DNA of 64,000 nt from Minisyncoccota bacterium (GCA_036517655.1 DATDVE010000023.1:1358-65357); one strand, 5' to 3'; shown: positions 39,948 to 48,853, numbered from the stretch's first letter. The notes: generated from the sequence alone by a model not told the origin. Translations and numbers: made by a program.

Positions 39948-40451
39948 ATGACAAACTTCGCTTCACCGGCTTTAAATATTAGCCACTTGCACTTGCGGCC
40001 GGGGAACATTGTTGCTGATCTCGGGGCAGGCTCTGGACACTACGCTATTGCCCTGGCCGATAAGCTCCAAGAATTGGGCAAGGGGCATGTGTACGCGGTA
40101 GACGTGCAGAAGCATTATCTGGAAAAGATTAAACAAGAAGCGGACAAAAAAGGATTAGGTAATTTAAGCGTAATTTGGGGCGATGTTGATGTATCTGGGG
40201 GAACGAAGCTTGCCAATCATGTTGCCGACGCAGTTGTGATCTCGAATGTGCTTTTTCAAACGCAGACGAGAAAAGAATTTTTGAAAGAGGCAAGTAGAAT
40301 CTTGAAGCCTGGTGGCGAAATGCTTATCATAGACTGGCAAGATAAGCTTAAACCTCACGAAGTGCTAGATATTTTGCCAGCCGGGATTAGCAAAGTGAGC
40401 GAATTTGACGCCGGCTCGCATCATTTCGGACTCTTACTTCGTAAATCATGA
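39948..40451 (+). CDS. Class I SAM methyltransferase
   Basis: VADLGAGSG, RILKPGG. Confidence 0.88.
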   Translation: MTNFASPALNISHLHLRPGNIVADLGAGSGHYAIALADKLQELGKGHVYAVDVQKHYLEKIKQEADKKGLGNLSVIWGDVDVSGGTKLANHVADAVVISNVLFQTQTRKEFLKEASRILKPGGEMLIIDWQDKLKPHEVLDILPAGISKVSEFDAGSHHFGLLLRKS

Positions 40452-40468
40452 ATCATAAATCATAAATC

Positions 40469-41770
40469 GTGAAGTCATTCCAAACAATTCTTTTGATAGT
40501 TTTTGCCTTCTTTATTGTGGGGGCTGTGCTTATATTTTCGGGCGTTTTGGGTGGGGGTAGCGGCTCACAGGACAAGCTTATTGCGCAGCCAGTAATAATG
40601 TGGGGCACGGTCTCTAAGTCTACGATGGAAGATATCTTGCAGAAGGCTATAGATGCCGGGGACAAGTTCGAGATTACCTATGTGGAGAAACGAGCCGACA
40701 GCTTCGAAGCGGAACTTATTGATGCTCTGGCCTCGAACAAAGGGCCAGATCTAATCCTTGCGCCGCATACTCTTGTTTTGAAGCAACGGGACAAGCTTCT
40801 GCCACTGCCCGAGACGGCTTTCTCAAGGCGCCTCTTCATGGACAGTTTCGTTGAGGCCGGCGAGACGTTGCTTGGGACAGACCAGGAAGGTGGTGAGAGC
40901 ATTGTGCTTGGATTGCCCCTTTTCCTAGATCCAATAGTTATGTACTGGAATCGTGACATGTTCACTAAGGCGGGCTTATCCGCTCCGCCTTCCACTTGGC
41001 TCGAGGTTCAACTTCTGCCAGAGCGCCTGACCAAGCTCGACGAGCGGGGCAATATCGTAGAGGGCGCTGTCGGTCTCGGGGGTGTCAATAATGTGAGTCA
41101 CTTCAAGGAGATCCTCTCCGCCCAGATTATGCAGACTGGTAACAAGATCGTCACGTTTGCCCTAGGGCGGGCTTCTGTCGTACTGGCAGAGGGTACCAAT
41201 GCGGAATCAGCTCTGCGCTTCTACTCCGAATTCGGCAACCCAAGTCTACCCAAGTATTCCTGGAACTCTGCCAAGCGCAGCTCGCTTGACGAATTCATAG
41301 CAGGCAAGCTTGCGATCTACTTCGGCTTTGGTAGTGAACTGGGGATAATCGAGGCTCGCAACCCACACCTTAACTTCGATACGGCCAATTTCCCACAGAT
41401 CTCAAGCGGTGAGCGCCGTCTCACATATGCAGATGTATACACACTCGCTGTTATCAAGAATTCGTCCGTGCAGAATGCGGCCTATGCCGTGGCCTATCGC
41501 ATGTCACTTGGTGTTGCGGCTGATATAGCGGGGAGTGAGTTGCGCTTGCCTCCCGCCCGTCGTGACCTCCTCTCTGTGGCCGATGAGGATCCGAATGTGG
41601 CTCTCTTCGAGTCCGCGGCCGTAATCAGCAAGACCTGGTTTGATCCCAACTGGGTAGTGACGAGGAATATCTTCGCCGATATGATAGAATCTGTATTAAT
41701 AGGCAAGTTAAGTCCGAGCAGCGCAGTGTCGGCGGCAAGCGCCCGCATCCAAGACTTGTTAAATATATAA
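40469..41770 (+). CDS. Membrane-anchored extracellular solute-binding protein
   Basis: N-terminal TM, GPD, P...D...MYWN.D.F, F..GK.A.Y. Confidence 0.8.
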   Translation: MKSFQTILLIVFAFFIVGAVLIFSGVLGGGSGSQDKLIAQPVIMWGTVSKSTMEDILQKAIDAGDKFEITYVEKRADSFEAELIDALASNKGPDLILAPHTLVLKQRDKLLPLPETAFSRRLFMDSFVEAGETLLGTDQEGGESIVLGLPLFLDPIVMYWNRDMFTKAGLSAPPSTWLEVQLLPERLTKLDERGNIVEGAVGLGGVNNVSHFKEILSAQIMQTGNKIVTFALGRASVVLAEGTNAESALRFYSEFGNPSLPKYSWNSAKRSSLDEFIAGKLAIYFGFGSELGIIEARNPHLNFDTANFPQISSGERRLTYADVYTLAVIKNSSVQNAAYAVAYRMSLGVAADIAGSELRLPPARRDLLSVADEDPNVALFESAAVISKTWFDPNWVVTRNIFADMIESVLIGKLSPSSAVSAASARIQDLLNI

Positions 41771-41772
41771 AA

Positions 41773-42114
41773 ATGGCATTAGTTGATTGCAACGGAAAAG
41801 TTGTTGGAGAAGGGGCAGACGCAAAATTCCTTGATGGCTGTACACTTCAAGATTTGGGTGTACTGATTGTGAAGATTTTTGACTACATGATCGACATTGT
41901 GTTCTTGCTTGCAGTGCTGGGCATTGCCGTGGGCGGTTTGTACATAATTTTCGGTGGGGCAAGCGAAGGCAATCGCATCCAGGGCAAGAGCATTATTGGC
42001 TCCTCTATCTTGGGCCTATTTGTAGCGGCCGCAGCCTGGGTGATTGTGAACACAATTCTGGTTGGCTTGGGAGCAGAAGGCTTCCGGAATCCGCTTAAAG
42101 TAGGAATATTTTAA
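41773..42114 (+). CDS. Pilin-like (TrbC/VirB2-type) protein 1
   Basis: Two TMs with G...GK..I...I.G linker; Cys pair. Confidence 0.75.
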   Translation: MALVDCNGKVVGEGADAKFLDGCTLQDLGVLIVKIFDYMIDIVFLLAVLGIAVGGLYIIFGGASEGNRIQGKSIIGSSILGLFVAAAAWVIVNTILVGLGAEGFRNPLKVGIF

Positions 42115-42123
42115 ACAAGAAAT

Positions 42124-42459
42124 ATGCAAAGAATATTAGAATTTTTCACCCAGACCACCTATGCACAGATCACGAGCAAGGGCGGTTCGTCAGTTTTCAA
42201 AAATCCTCTTGGGGGAACCACGAACTTTACCGAACTTCTCAACAAAGTCCTCGAGGTGATAATTGCCATCGGCGTGCCAATACTAGTAGTCTTCATTGTC
42301 TACGCAGGGTTCCTCTTCGTGACGGCTCAAGGCAATGAGACTAAACTCGAGAAGGCTAAGGCGTCTCTCTTCTGGGCGATCATTGGCGGCGCGGTCTTGA
42401 TTGGGGCCAAAGTTATAGCCACGGCGATCCAAGATACTGTGGGAGTAATCGGCCCTTGA
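42124..42459 (+). CDS. Pilin-like protein 2
   Basis: NPL, IVYAGF.FVTAQGN..K...AK...WAIIG. Confidence 0.82.
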   Translation: MQRILEFFTQTTYAQITSKGGSSVFKNPLGGTTNFTELLNKVLEVIIAIGVPILVVFIVYAGFLFVTAQGNETKLEKAKASLFWAIIGGAVLIGAKVIATAIQDTVGVIGP

Positions 42460-42490
42460 TCAAGCTTCTTATTTAACATGTATAGAATAT

Positions 42491-42787
42491 ATGAATGAAG
42501 CGGCAGCATTCAAAATAATAGTGGGCAAGGTCCTGATACAGTTACAGTTTATCCCCCCTTTCCTTGTGGGTCTGGCTCTAGTCTATTTCATATATTCTGT
42601 TGTGCTCGTGATCAAGAATTCTGGCGACGAAGCTAAACTAACAGAGAGCAAGAAGAGCATGACATTCGGTATCGTGGCTCTCTTTATTATGATCTCATTG
42701 TGGGGTTTGGCTACTGCCCTGCGGAGTACCTTCCAGCTCGACGATGGTTCGGTTAATCAGGGCAAGATAGATAGCCTGTGGAAATAG
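42491..42787 (+). CDS. Pilin-like protein 3
   Basis: GDE.K..E.K..M.FGI.ALF...S.WG. Confidence 0.8.
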   Translation: MNEAAAFKIIVGKVLIQLQFIPPFLVGLALVYFIYSVVLVIKNSGDEAKLTESKKSMTFGIVALFIMISLWGLATALRSTFQLDDGSVNQGKIDSLWK

Positions 42788-42887
42788 TGCTATCCAGAAA
42801 TATATGGGGGTGTATAATTGCCCTAGCCTCAAAGTAGGCATGAATTAGTGGTTAAAAATTAATAGCGTATTAATAATAAGTAATAAA

Positions 42888-43244
42888 ATGACTAAAGCTA
42901 AGATAACCGCAGCCGCTCTCTCCTTTGCCATGCTTGCGCCTATGTCGGCACTTGCAGTGGGGGAGAACCTGGAGAACTTGTTGTCGTTGATTAAGCGTCT
43001 CGTATCCGGCGCGATCCCAGTTCTGGTGGGTCTTGCCCTCATCTTCTTTATAGTTGGCTTGATTCGCTTCGTAATCGCGGGCGACGCCGAGAAGCGTGAG
43101 GACGGCAAGAAGATGATGTGGTGGGGTATTGTGGCCCTCTTCGTGATTGTCTCGATCTGGGGCATCGTCGAATTCATCGCCAGCACTCTTGGTATAACTA
43201 AGGAAGGACCTATCACTCCTCCTGGAGTAGTGGGTGTCCAGTAG
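42888..43244 (+). CDS. Pilin-like protein 4
   Basis: Signal peptide plus KREDGKKMMWWGIVALFVIVSIWG. Confidence 0.82.
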   Translation: MTKAKITAAALSFAMLAPMSALAVGENLENLLSLIKRLVSGAIPVLVGLALIFFIVGLIRFVIAGDAEKREDGKKMMWWGIVALFVIVSIWGIVEFIASTLGITKEGPITPPGVVGVQ

Positions 43245-43253
43245 ACATAAGTT

Positions 43254-43526
43254 GTGAACGAGTACTTAGCCGCAGTTCCCGCGGCAGTGGGCAAGATCAA
43301 GACAGAGATCGTCAACCCTATACTGAAGCTCTTGATTGCGCTTGCTGTAATATACTTCCTCTTCGGGGTGGTTAAGTACTTTATTGGTGCGCGCGAGAGG
43401 GCTGATTCGCAAGGCGCGGCCGAAGGCAAGAATCACATGCTCTGGGGTATCATAGGTGTAGCTATTACTATCTCGGCCTTCGGCATAGTTAATCTGATCG
43501 CAAGTTTCGTCGGGGAGGTAAGTTAA
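43254..43526 (+). CDS. Pilin-like protein 5
   Basis: IVNP..., EGK.HMLWGIIG. Confidence 0.8.
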   Translation: MNEYLAAVPAAVGKIKTEIVNPILKLLIALAVIYFLFGVVKYFIGARERADSQGAAEGKNHMLWGIIGVAITISAFGIVNLIASFVGEVS

Positions 43527-43588
43527 CCCTGTTTCGCCCCACTTCGCTAAAGCTTCGCGGGGTCATTTTGCCAGCAAAATGAAAAACA

Positions 43589-43642
43589 GCCTTCGCGCCG
43601 TTCCCCTCCCAGCTTATGGCGGGGAAGTGACGGAGCGAAGGC
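43589..43642 (-). terminator. Long hairpin ending the island operon
   Basis: gccttcgcgccgt...acggagcgaaggc. Confidence 0.6.
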
Positions 43643-43699
43643 CGTGACTTGAGACAAATGGTCCAGGAGAACGTGAGCGGGGGCGTGCTCGTGGCCGGG

Positions 43700-44713
43700 T
43701 CATGGGTAGAGCCGCATCTGGCCGTGACTGGGGCTCTCCGAGACCCAACAAGGGGTACCCTCGCAGATGCCGTCGTGACAGCAGTTCTCGTCCCAGCGCA
43801 TTGTGATAGCTTCACCCCTGTCTCGTGTCCCGTCGCGGTTCACGATCCAGCCCGTTCCCTTGCCGGCACCCTCCTTCCAAACCACGTGGCCGGTGTCGCC
43901 TTCCACGGTGGTGAGAGTGTAATGTTGCCAGCCTGGGCTATCCGCGACCTTGGTGAGGTCGAAGCGCCCATCCTGGTTCTCGAGGAACTGCGCGACGATA
44001 TGTCTCGTCGGCTTCGGGAGTTCGAACCCGAGCGCTGTTGGTGGAGCCGGTAGCGGCTGCTCGTCGGGGATGTGCGGAAGAACGTTTGCCCATCGCGCCA
44101 GTCGCCGGCCTTCCTTCTCCTCATTCACGGCCTGTGCCTGCTTGACGAGGTCGCGAACGGCTTGATGCCGAGTCGCCGTATCCTTGCCGCGGGCGACAGT
44201 CTCGACTCCGCGGACGACCTTCTTTCCCGTCTCGTGCACAGTGTCCGCGCTCGGCCAGGCCACCATCCTCGCCAGGTTCGCGAGTGCGACGACCGCTATG
44301 ATGAGGCCGGCGTACTGACGCAGCTTCCCCGGAGGAAAGACAACGCCGAGACCGATGTAGGCGACGAACAGAACGCCGCAGAGCAGGAAGCCGTAGCGGT
44401 TCTGCTCCGTCTTGAAGACGAGCACGAAGGTGCCGTAGGTGACCCCCAAGAAATAGGGGAACCACAGCAAGCGAACGAGCATCGCCACCGCCCGAATGTA
44501 GGGGATCTGCGAGGCGAGGGCGACGCCGGTGAAGAAGAGGGCCACGATCGTCGGGGAGATGAACACCACGACGAGCGGAAGAAAGATGTAGACGAGCGTC
44601 AGGACGAGTGCGGGTGTGTCCCAGCCCCACAACCCGCAGGCCGTGATGGCCGCGAGCATGGCGCCGAAGCCGATGATCGTCCACTGTCCGATTGAATCGA
44701 GATACGTTCTCAT
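43700..44713 (-). CDS. Hypothetical membrane protein
   Basis: AGGAGG SD; several N-terminal TMs; GC-rich. Confidence 0.7.
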   Translation of the reverse strand: MRTYLDSIGQWTIIGFGAMLAAITACGLWGWDTPALVLTLVYIFLPLVVVFISPTIVALFFTGVALASQIPYIRAVAMLVRLLWFPYFLGVTYGTFVLVFKTEQNRYGFLLCGVLFVAYIGLGVVFPPGKLRQYAGLIIAVVALANLARMVAWPSADTVHETGKKVVRGVETVARGKDTATRHQAVRDLVKQAQAVNEEKEGRRLARWANVLPHIPDEQPLPAPPTALGFELPKPTRHIVAQFLENQDGRFDLTKVADSPGWQHYTLTTVEGDTGHVVWKEGAGKGTGWIVNRDGTRDRGEAITMRWDENCCHDGICEGTPCWVSESPSHGQMRLYP

Positions 44714-45121
44714 TTAGTACCTCCTTCTCCTGATGGGTGGTAGGGGTGGGACTGGCTGGCCGACCGGTCGTGACCGGAAGTACGGCAGCTTGTTGACCAG
44801 CCCCATGAACAACCTGACAGGGCTGATCCGTCGGCCGATCTCGGCCATCTCGCGATCGAAATCCGCGATGGGCTCGGCGACCTTGTCGAAGATCTCGCGA
44901 CCCTGCGCCTTGGCCGTGTCCCAGTCTGGGACACTCTCCCCAACGATGGCCACGAAGCCGTCGTCAGAGCGGCGATCGAGCGCTCTCTTGAGCGCCTCCG
45001 GATCAGAACAGATCCGATCCCAACGCTCCGCCCAGACTTTGAAGCGCTTCAGGAACTTCTCCTGATACGCACCCTCGTCGGTCTTGGCGATCTGGGTGAG
45101 ACTCTTGTCTTTCGTTGGCAT
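44714..45121 (-). CDS. Hypothetical protein
   Basis: GGAGGAG SD before ATG 45121 (MPTKDK). Confidence 0.7.
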   Translation of the reverse strand: MPTKDKSLTQIAKTDEGAYQEKFLKRFKVWAERWDRICSDPEALKRALDRRSDDGFVAIVGESVPDWDTAKAQGREIFDKVAEPIADFDREMAEIGRRISPVRLFMGLVNKLPYFRSRPVGQPVPPLPPIRRRRY

Positions 45122-45134
45122 GTCTCTCCTCCTT

Positions 45135-45473
45135 CTAGAGAATTCCGTCGCGAAGTGCTTCCCGGGCGTCCTCTCCCGGCTTCTTGGGCTTGTCACCCGC
45201 CTTGCCGAAGAGGTGAACGTACGCATCGGCGTAGATGATACGCTGAATGCGTTCGCGCTGGAAGCGGTTCGGATGGTCGAGCGCGGCGCAAAGGGCGGGG
45301 TAATCCCGCTGTCCGTCCTCGCTCTCGATGAGCGGGGAGACCAGACTGCGGACCGCGTCCGCGTCTTCCTTCTGTTGCTCTCTGCCCTTCTTGTCTCCCA
45401 AGAAGAGCTTTTCGATCACGTACCAGATCCCCTCGTCGAATGGGATCAAGTCTAGCAGCTTGGGCATCTTCAC
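45135..45473 (-). CDS. Hypothetical protein
   Basis: AAAGGA SD; TTGCAT/TG-TATAAT promoter at ~45525-45553. Confidence 0.65.
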   Translation of the reverse strand: MKMPKLLDLIPFDEGIWYVIEKLFLGDKKGREQQKEDADAVRSLVSPLIESEDGQRDYPALCAALDHPNRFQRERIQRIIYADAYVHLFGKAGDKPKKPGEDAREALRDGIL

Positions 45474-45643
45474 TTTTCCTTTCTAGATTTAGGACCATTT
45501 GTCAGCGTCCTTGATCTACCCTCAATTATATCACATATTAATACGAAATGCAAGCCCACTTCGCCGATAGGCTTCGCGGGCCACAGGGTTGGGGATAAAC
45601 TGCTTTCTGTGGCTTATTTATGGGGTAAAATTGTGTATACTTG

Positions 45644-45723
45644 TCCCGTTAGAAGTTACGGTGATTATCTAACGAGATTTTATAAAACCACATAATATTA
45701 CTATGCATAAACTTCTAATGGGA
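45644..45723. repeat. ~80-bp element with TCCCRTTAGAA inverted ends (copy 2)
   Basis: tcccgttagaagtt ... aacttctaatggga. Confidence 0.6.
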
Positions 45724-46070
45724 TGAGAAACAAAATTCTAGTGCCAGTTTTACTTCTAATTTTGCCGAGTTTCGCTAGTGCTAAGACTATCGGTGATCTC
45801 TTGAAGGACGTAGGTGGCTGGCTTGGCACTTTGTTACCCATCTTAACGGCTCTTGCCCTCGTTGTTTTCATCTGGGGACTTGTTATTTTCATCGGCAAGG
45901 CTGGCGATGAGACGGCTCGCACAGAAGGCAAGCAGCGGATGATCTGGGGCGTGATAGCCCTCTTCGTGATCATCTCGATCTGGGGCTTGGTCACCTTCTT
46001 GCAAGAGACAACTGGCACAGGTGGCTCAAGCGCATTGCCCGCACCCGGTTTACCAGCAGCACCAAAGTGA
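45723..46070 (+). CDS. Pilin-like protein 6
   Basis: Signal peptide plus FIGKAGDE..RTEGK..M.WG. Confidence 0.82.
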   Translation: MRNKILVPVLLLILPSFASAKTIGDLLKDVGGWLGTLLPILTALALVVFIWGLVIFIGKAGDETARTEGKQRMIWGVIALFVIISIWGLVTFLQETTGTGGSSALPAPGLPAAPK

Positions 46071-46363
46071 TGGAAGCAGCAGCAACAGTAGGTTCGATCA
46101 TCGGGGTGGGCATGAGTATTTTGGGTTTGCTCATCCCGCTCATAATCGGGCTTGGCCTTGTGTATTTCATTTGGGGTCTGGTGCAATTTATCGGTAAGGC
46201 TGGTGATGAGGCAGGCAGGACTGAAGGTAAGGCTAAGATGCTCTGGGGCATCATTGCTATCTTCGTGATCGTTTCCGTCTGGGGCCTGGTGGGAATTCTG
46301 CGGGAATCCTTCTTCGGAGGTGGTGCCGACAAGACACCGCCGCCCCCGCAGTTCCAAAGTTAA
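46067..46363 (+). CDS. Pilin-like protein 7
   Basis: Close paralog of protein 6. Confidence 0.82.
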   Translation: MMEAAATVGSIIGVGMSILGLLIPLIIGLGLVYFIWGLVQFIGKAGDEAGRTEGKAKMLWGIIAIFVIVSVWGLVGILRESFFGGGADKTPPPPQFQS

Positions 46364-46369
46364 TTTCTT

Positions 46370-47146
46370 ATGACCGCGCAAGTTTACGCACAAGAGACTG
46401 GCAAGTACCAGCTACTCGAACAGCTTCCTAGTGGCCCGGAAGTTAATACTAAGAGCACAGAATATTTTGGCACGGCATATAACATTGCCCTAACAGTCAC
46501 GGTGGCTCTTGCCCTCGTCATGATTGTGGTGGGTGGTATTCAGTACACTATCTCTTGGGCCTCGCCCTCGGCAAAGGGAGATGCGAAAAATAGAATCTTG
46601 GGTGCCATCGGGGGACTCATTCTGGCTTTGGTCTCGTATATACTTTTGCATACGATTAATCCCAAACTTGTCACAGAGCAGAATATCAATTTGCCAAGCG
46701 GTGGCAGTTCTGGCGGAGGTGGTTCCTCGGGCGGCGGATCTGGGGGAGGAGCTTTATGCAGCACATGCTTGAGTCAAGCTGATGCGCTCAAGCAGTTAAC
46801 AGTCGCTGGCATTAGCGTTAAAACTGGAGTTGTCCTTGAGGGTATACGCCAAGATACTTTGAATGCTGTTTTCTATGTTAGAAGTAAGTGTAATGCTTGT
46901 ACGATAATAGTTACCTCGGCCCTGGAGGGTACTCATGAAAGTGGTGGACATGATTCGGGATACAAACTTGATGTGCGATTGAATCGTGATCTTGATAATT
47001 TTATCGAGACTAATTTCACTCGTGTTTCCGATAGCAAGACAATGAAGTACAAAAGATACCAGGAAAGCGTAACCGGAGCAGTCTGGATGAAAGAGATGTG
47101 CGCTGCCCCATGTACGCCACACTGGGACGTAGACGGAAAGGGATAA
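46370..47146 (+). CDS. Pilin-like protein 8 with Gly/Ser linker and putative M15-like Zn-peptidase domain
   Basis: GGIQY..S...K.DAK.RI.GAI.GL...SY..L.TINP; H-x6-D (HDSGYKLD) and PHWD. Confidence 0.7.
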   Translation: MTAQVYAQETGKYQLLEQLPSGPEVNTKSTEYFGTAYNIALTVTVALALVMIVVGGIQYTISWASPSAKGDAKNRILGAIGGLILALVSYILLHTINPKLVTEQNINLPSGGSSGGGGSSGGGSGGGALCSTCLSQADALKQLTVAGISVKTGVVLEGIRQDTLNAVFYVRSKCNACTIIVTSALEGTHESGGHDSGYKLDVRLNRDLDNFIETNFTRVSDSKTMKYKRYQESVTGAVWMKEMCAAPCTPHWDVDGKG

Positions 47147-47152
47147 AAGTAG

Positions 47153-47236
47153 TGCCGAGGGAGAGATTTGAACTCTCAATCCCTTGCGGGAGCTAGCTTC
47201 TAAGGCTAGTGCGTATACCAATTCCGCCACCTCGGC
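47153..47236 (-). tRNA. tRNA-Leu(TAG)
   Basis: Loop CTTAGAA; long variable arm. Confidence 0.94.
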
Positions 47237-47258
47237 AAAAGTCCATGATACTTTGTAA

Positions 47259-48425
47259 TCAGATCGTGTTCAAGAGCGTGCGAGTTTTCGGACCTACCAT
47301 GCCAACTTGCTCAAGATAATTTTTGGCTTGGAAGCTTTTGACTGCTTGCTCGGTGCAAGGACCGAAGTTGCCTGTCATAGGGCAATCTCGCAATGTCTTA
47401 CCCAACGGCGGATACAAACCCAGCTCATTTAGTCTAATTTGCAAAGCTAGGATATCCGGTAAGCCCCTCATCCCCCTAAACAACAATTTAGAAAAATAAA
47501 AGCTCGAGCTTTCTGATTTGGTTACCAGGCCTGCCTGCGCAGGCAGGTATCCAAAAAAGTTCTCGAGAGCTTGGGCTGTCTGTCTGGCAAGGTAATCAAG
47601 ATAAAGTGCGCGAACTTCTGGACTGGCAAACTGTGACTCGTAGATGTAGCTGTACTCTATCAAGAGTGAGGCGTTATCTCGAGTGCCATGTGAGCCGATA
47701 GCAATTAGCTCGCGATCGGGTGTTACACCCAAGTCTTCACCCGGCAATGTGCTTATGGGCATAACTTGAGAGAGTTCGTCGCGTAAGTAGATTGCCAGGG
47801 CTTGGCTCGTGGCGCCATTCGCAAAGCTTGAGTCTGGCACATAGATAGTGAAGCCAATGTGCTCGCCCGGCACGCGCATGTTTGATCTGGGGTAGTCGTT
47901 GATGTGGATGTGCAGGGCAATGTCTATCCGATTGTCGTTGGCAAATTTATTGAGGGCGTAGAGTTCGAAAGCTGTTTGAGCTGGAGCCGTGTTGTGGTAA
48001 ACAGATTGAGTTGTCGCGACTGTCGCAGATTTTGCGGAATTATAATATTTGATCGAAGCATCCCTGAAGGCCGTGATCTCTGCGTGCCCCTCGTCCATGA
48101 AAGCTTGGAACCAAGATGCATATTGCCCAGTTTCGTCACGTGCTACATAAATTTTAAAGTTCTTATCGCTCTCGAGTAGCTTCAAAATTTTGTGGGCGAT
48201 CAACACATTGAGATCTCGTTCGTAGTAATCAGCAAATTGCGTGCCGCCGTCATTCTTGCCGTGCCCGGGCACTATCAATACACGCAAATCGCCCTCACTG
48301 TAGTGCTGCTTGATGTGCTCTATCGAGGACTGCTTGCCATAGAATGGATCGTAAGATGTACCGGCCACATGAGCCTGCGCTGCCGCCGGAATGAGTATAA
48401 GAAATATGAGCGAGTACTTAAACAT
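47259..48425 (-). CDS. N-acetylmuramoyl-L-alanine amidase with PG-binding domain
   Basis: IVPGHG, E...N, HIH.N, LLIE; G.FGP.T..AV..FQ. Confidence 0.85.
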   Translation of the reverse strand: MFKYSLIFLILIPAAAQAHVAGTSYDPFYGKQSSIEHIKQHYSEGDLRVLIVPGHGKNDGGTQFADYYERDLNVLIAHKILKLLESDKNFKIYVARDETGQYASWFQAFMDEGHAEITAFRDASIKYYNSAKSATVATTQSVYHNTAPAQTAFELYALNKFANDNRIDIALHIHINDYPRSNMRVPGEHIGFTIYVPDSSFANGATSQALAIYLRDELSQVMPISTLPGEDLGVTPDRELIAIGSHGTRDNASLLIEYSYIYESQFASPEVRALYLDYLARQTAQALENFFGYLPAQAGLVTKSESSSFYFSKLLFRGMRGLPDILALQIRLNELGLYPPLGKTLRDCPMTGNFGPCTEQAVKSFQAKNYLEQVGMVGPKTRTLLNTI

Positions 48426-48429
48426 CGAG

Positions 48430-48502
48430 TCCCCCCAGTAGGGCTCGAACCTACGACCTTATCCTTAAGAGGGATCTGCTCTACCAACTGAGCTATGGGG
48501 GG
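48430..48502 (-). tRNA. tRNA-Lys(CTT)
   Basis: Loop CTCTTAA; GTTCGAG. Confidence 0.9.
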
Positions 48503-48528
48503 GTAACAAAGACTATCTTAACAAATTA

Positions 48529-48612
48529 TGCTCGGGGTGGGAATCGAACCCACATGACCTTTCGATCACAACATTTTAAGTGTTGCGCGTATACCAATTC
48601 CGCCACCCGAGC
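48529..48612 (-). tRNA. tRNA-Leu(TAA)
   Basis: Loop CTTAAAA; long variable arm. Confidence 0.94.
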
Positions 48613-48617
48613 AACGG

Positions 48618-48767
48618 GAGGCCACGGCGGGAAACGGTCACAACTCTCGGCTCGTCGTCACTTGCCTCGGTCGCGACCCCGCCTCACGAATTCGCAAGCT
48701 TGCGAATTAACGCTCCGGCTTGCGATTCCCGACACACGCAAAATTGTTTGCGTGTTCCTTGGCCTTG
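48618..48767 (-). other. Structured ~150-bp element ending in a duplicate of the tRNA-Cys 3' end
   Basis: Direct repeat gaggccacggcgggaa at 48618..48633 and 48767..48782; internal palindromes. Confidence 0.8.
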
Positions 48768-48839
48768 AGGCCACGGCGGGAATCGCACCCGCGTATAAGG
48801 GATTTGCAGTCCCTTGCCTTACTACTTGGCTACGTGGCC
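48768..48839 (-). tRNA. tRNA-Cys(GCA), T-loop TGCG variant
   Basis: Loop CTGCAAA; acceptor GGCCACG/CGTGGCC. Confidence 0.9.
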
Positions 48840-48853
48840 GTATGACTAGCTTA

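Noticed and set aside
39856-39966. Long N-terminus of the RAYT-2 ORF
   Set aside because: It spans the REP and the divergent promoter; alignment with RAYT-1 supports a start at 39855
41773-47146. Pilin array as an integron cassette array
   Set aside because: No attC-like repeats between the genes and no integron integrase
48768-48839. tRNA-Cys as a pseudogene because of its TGCG T-loop
   Set aside because: The acceptor, anticodon and T stems pair fully and the anticodon loop is canonical, so it is treated as a functional variant
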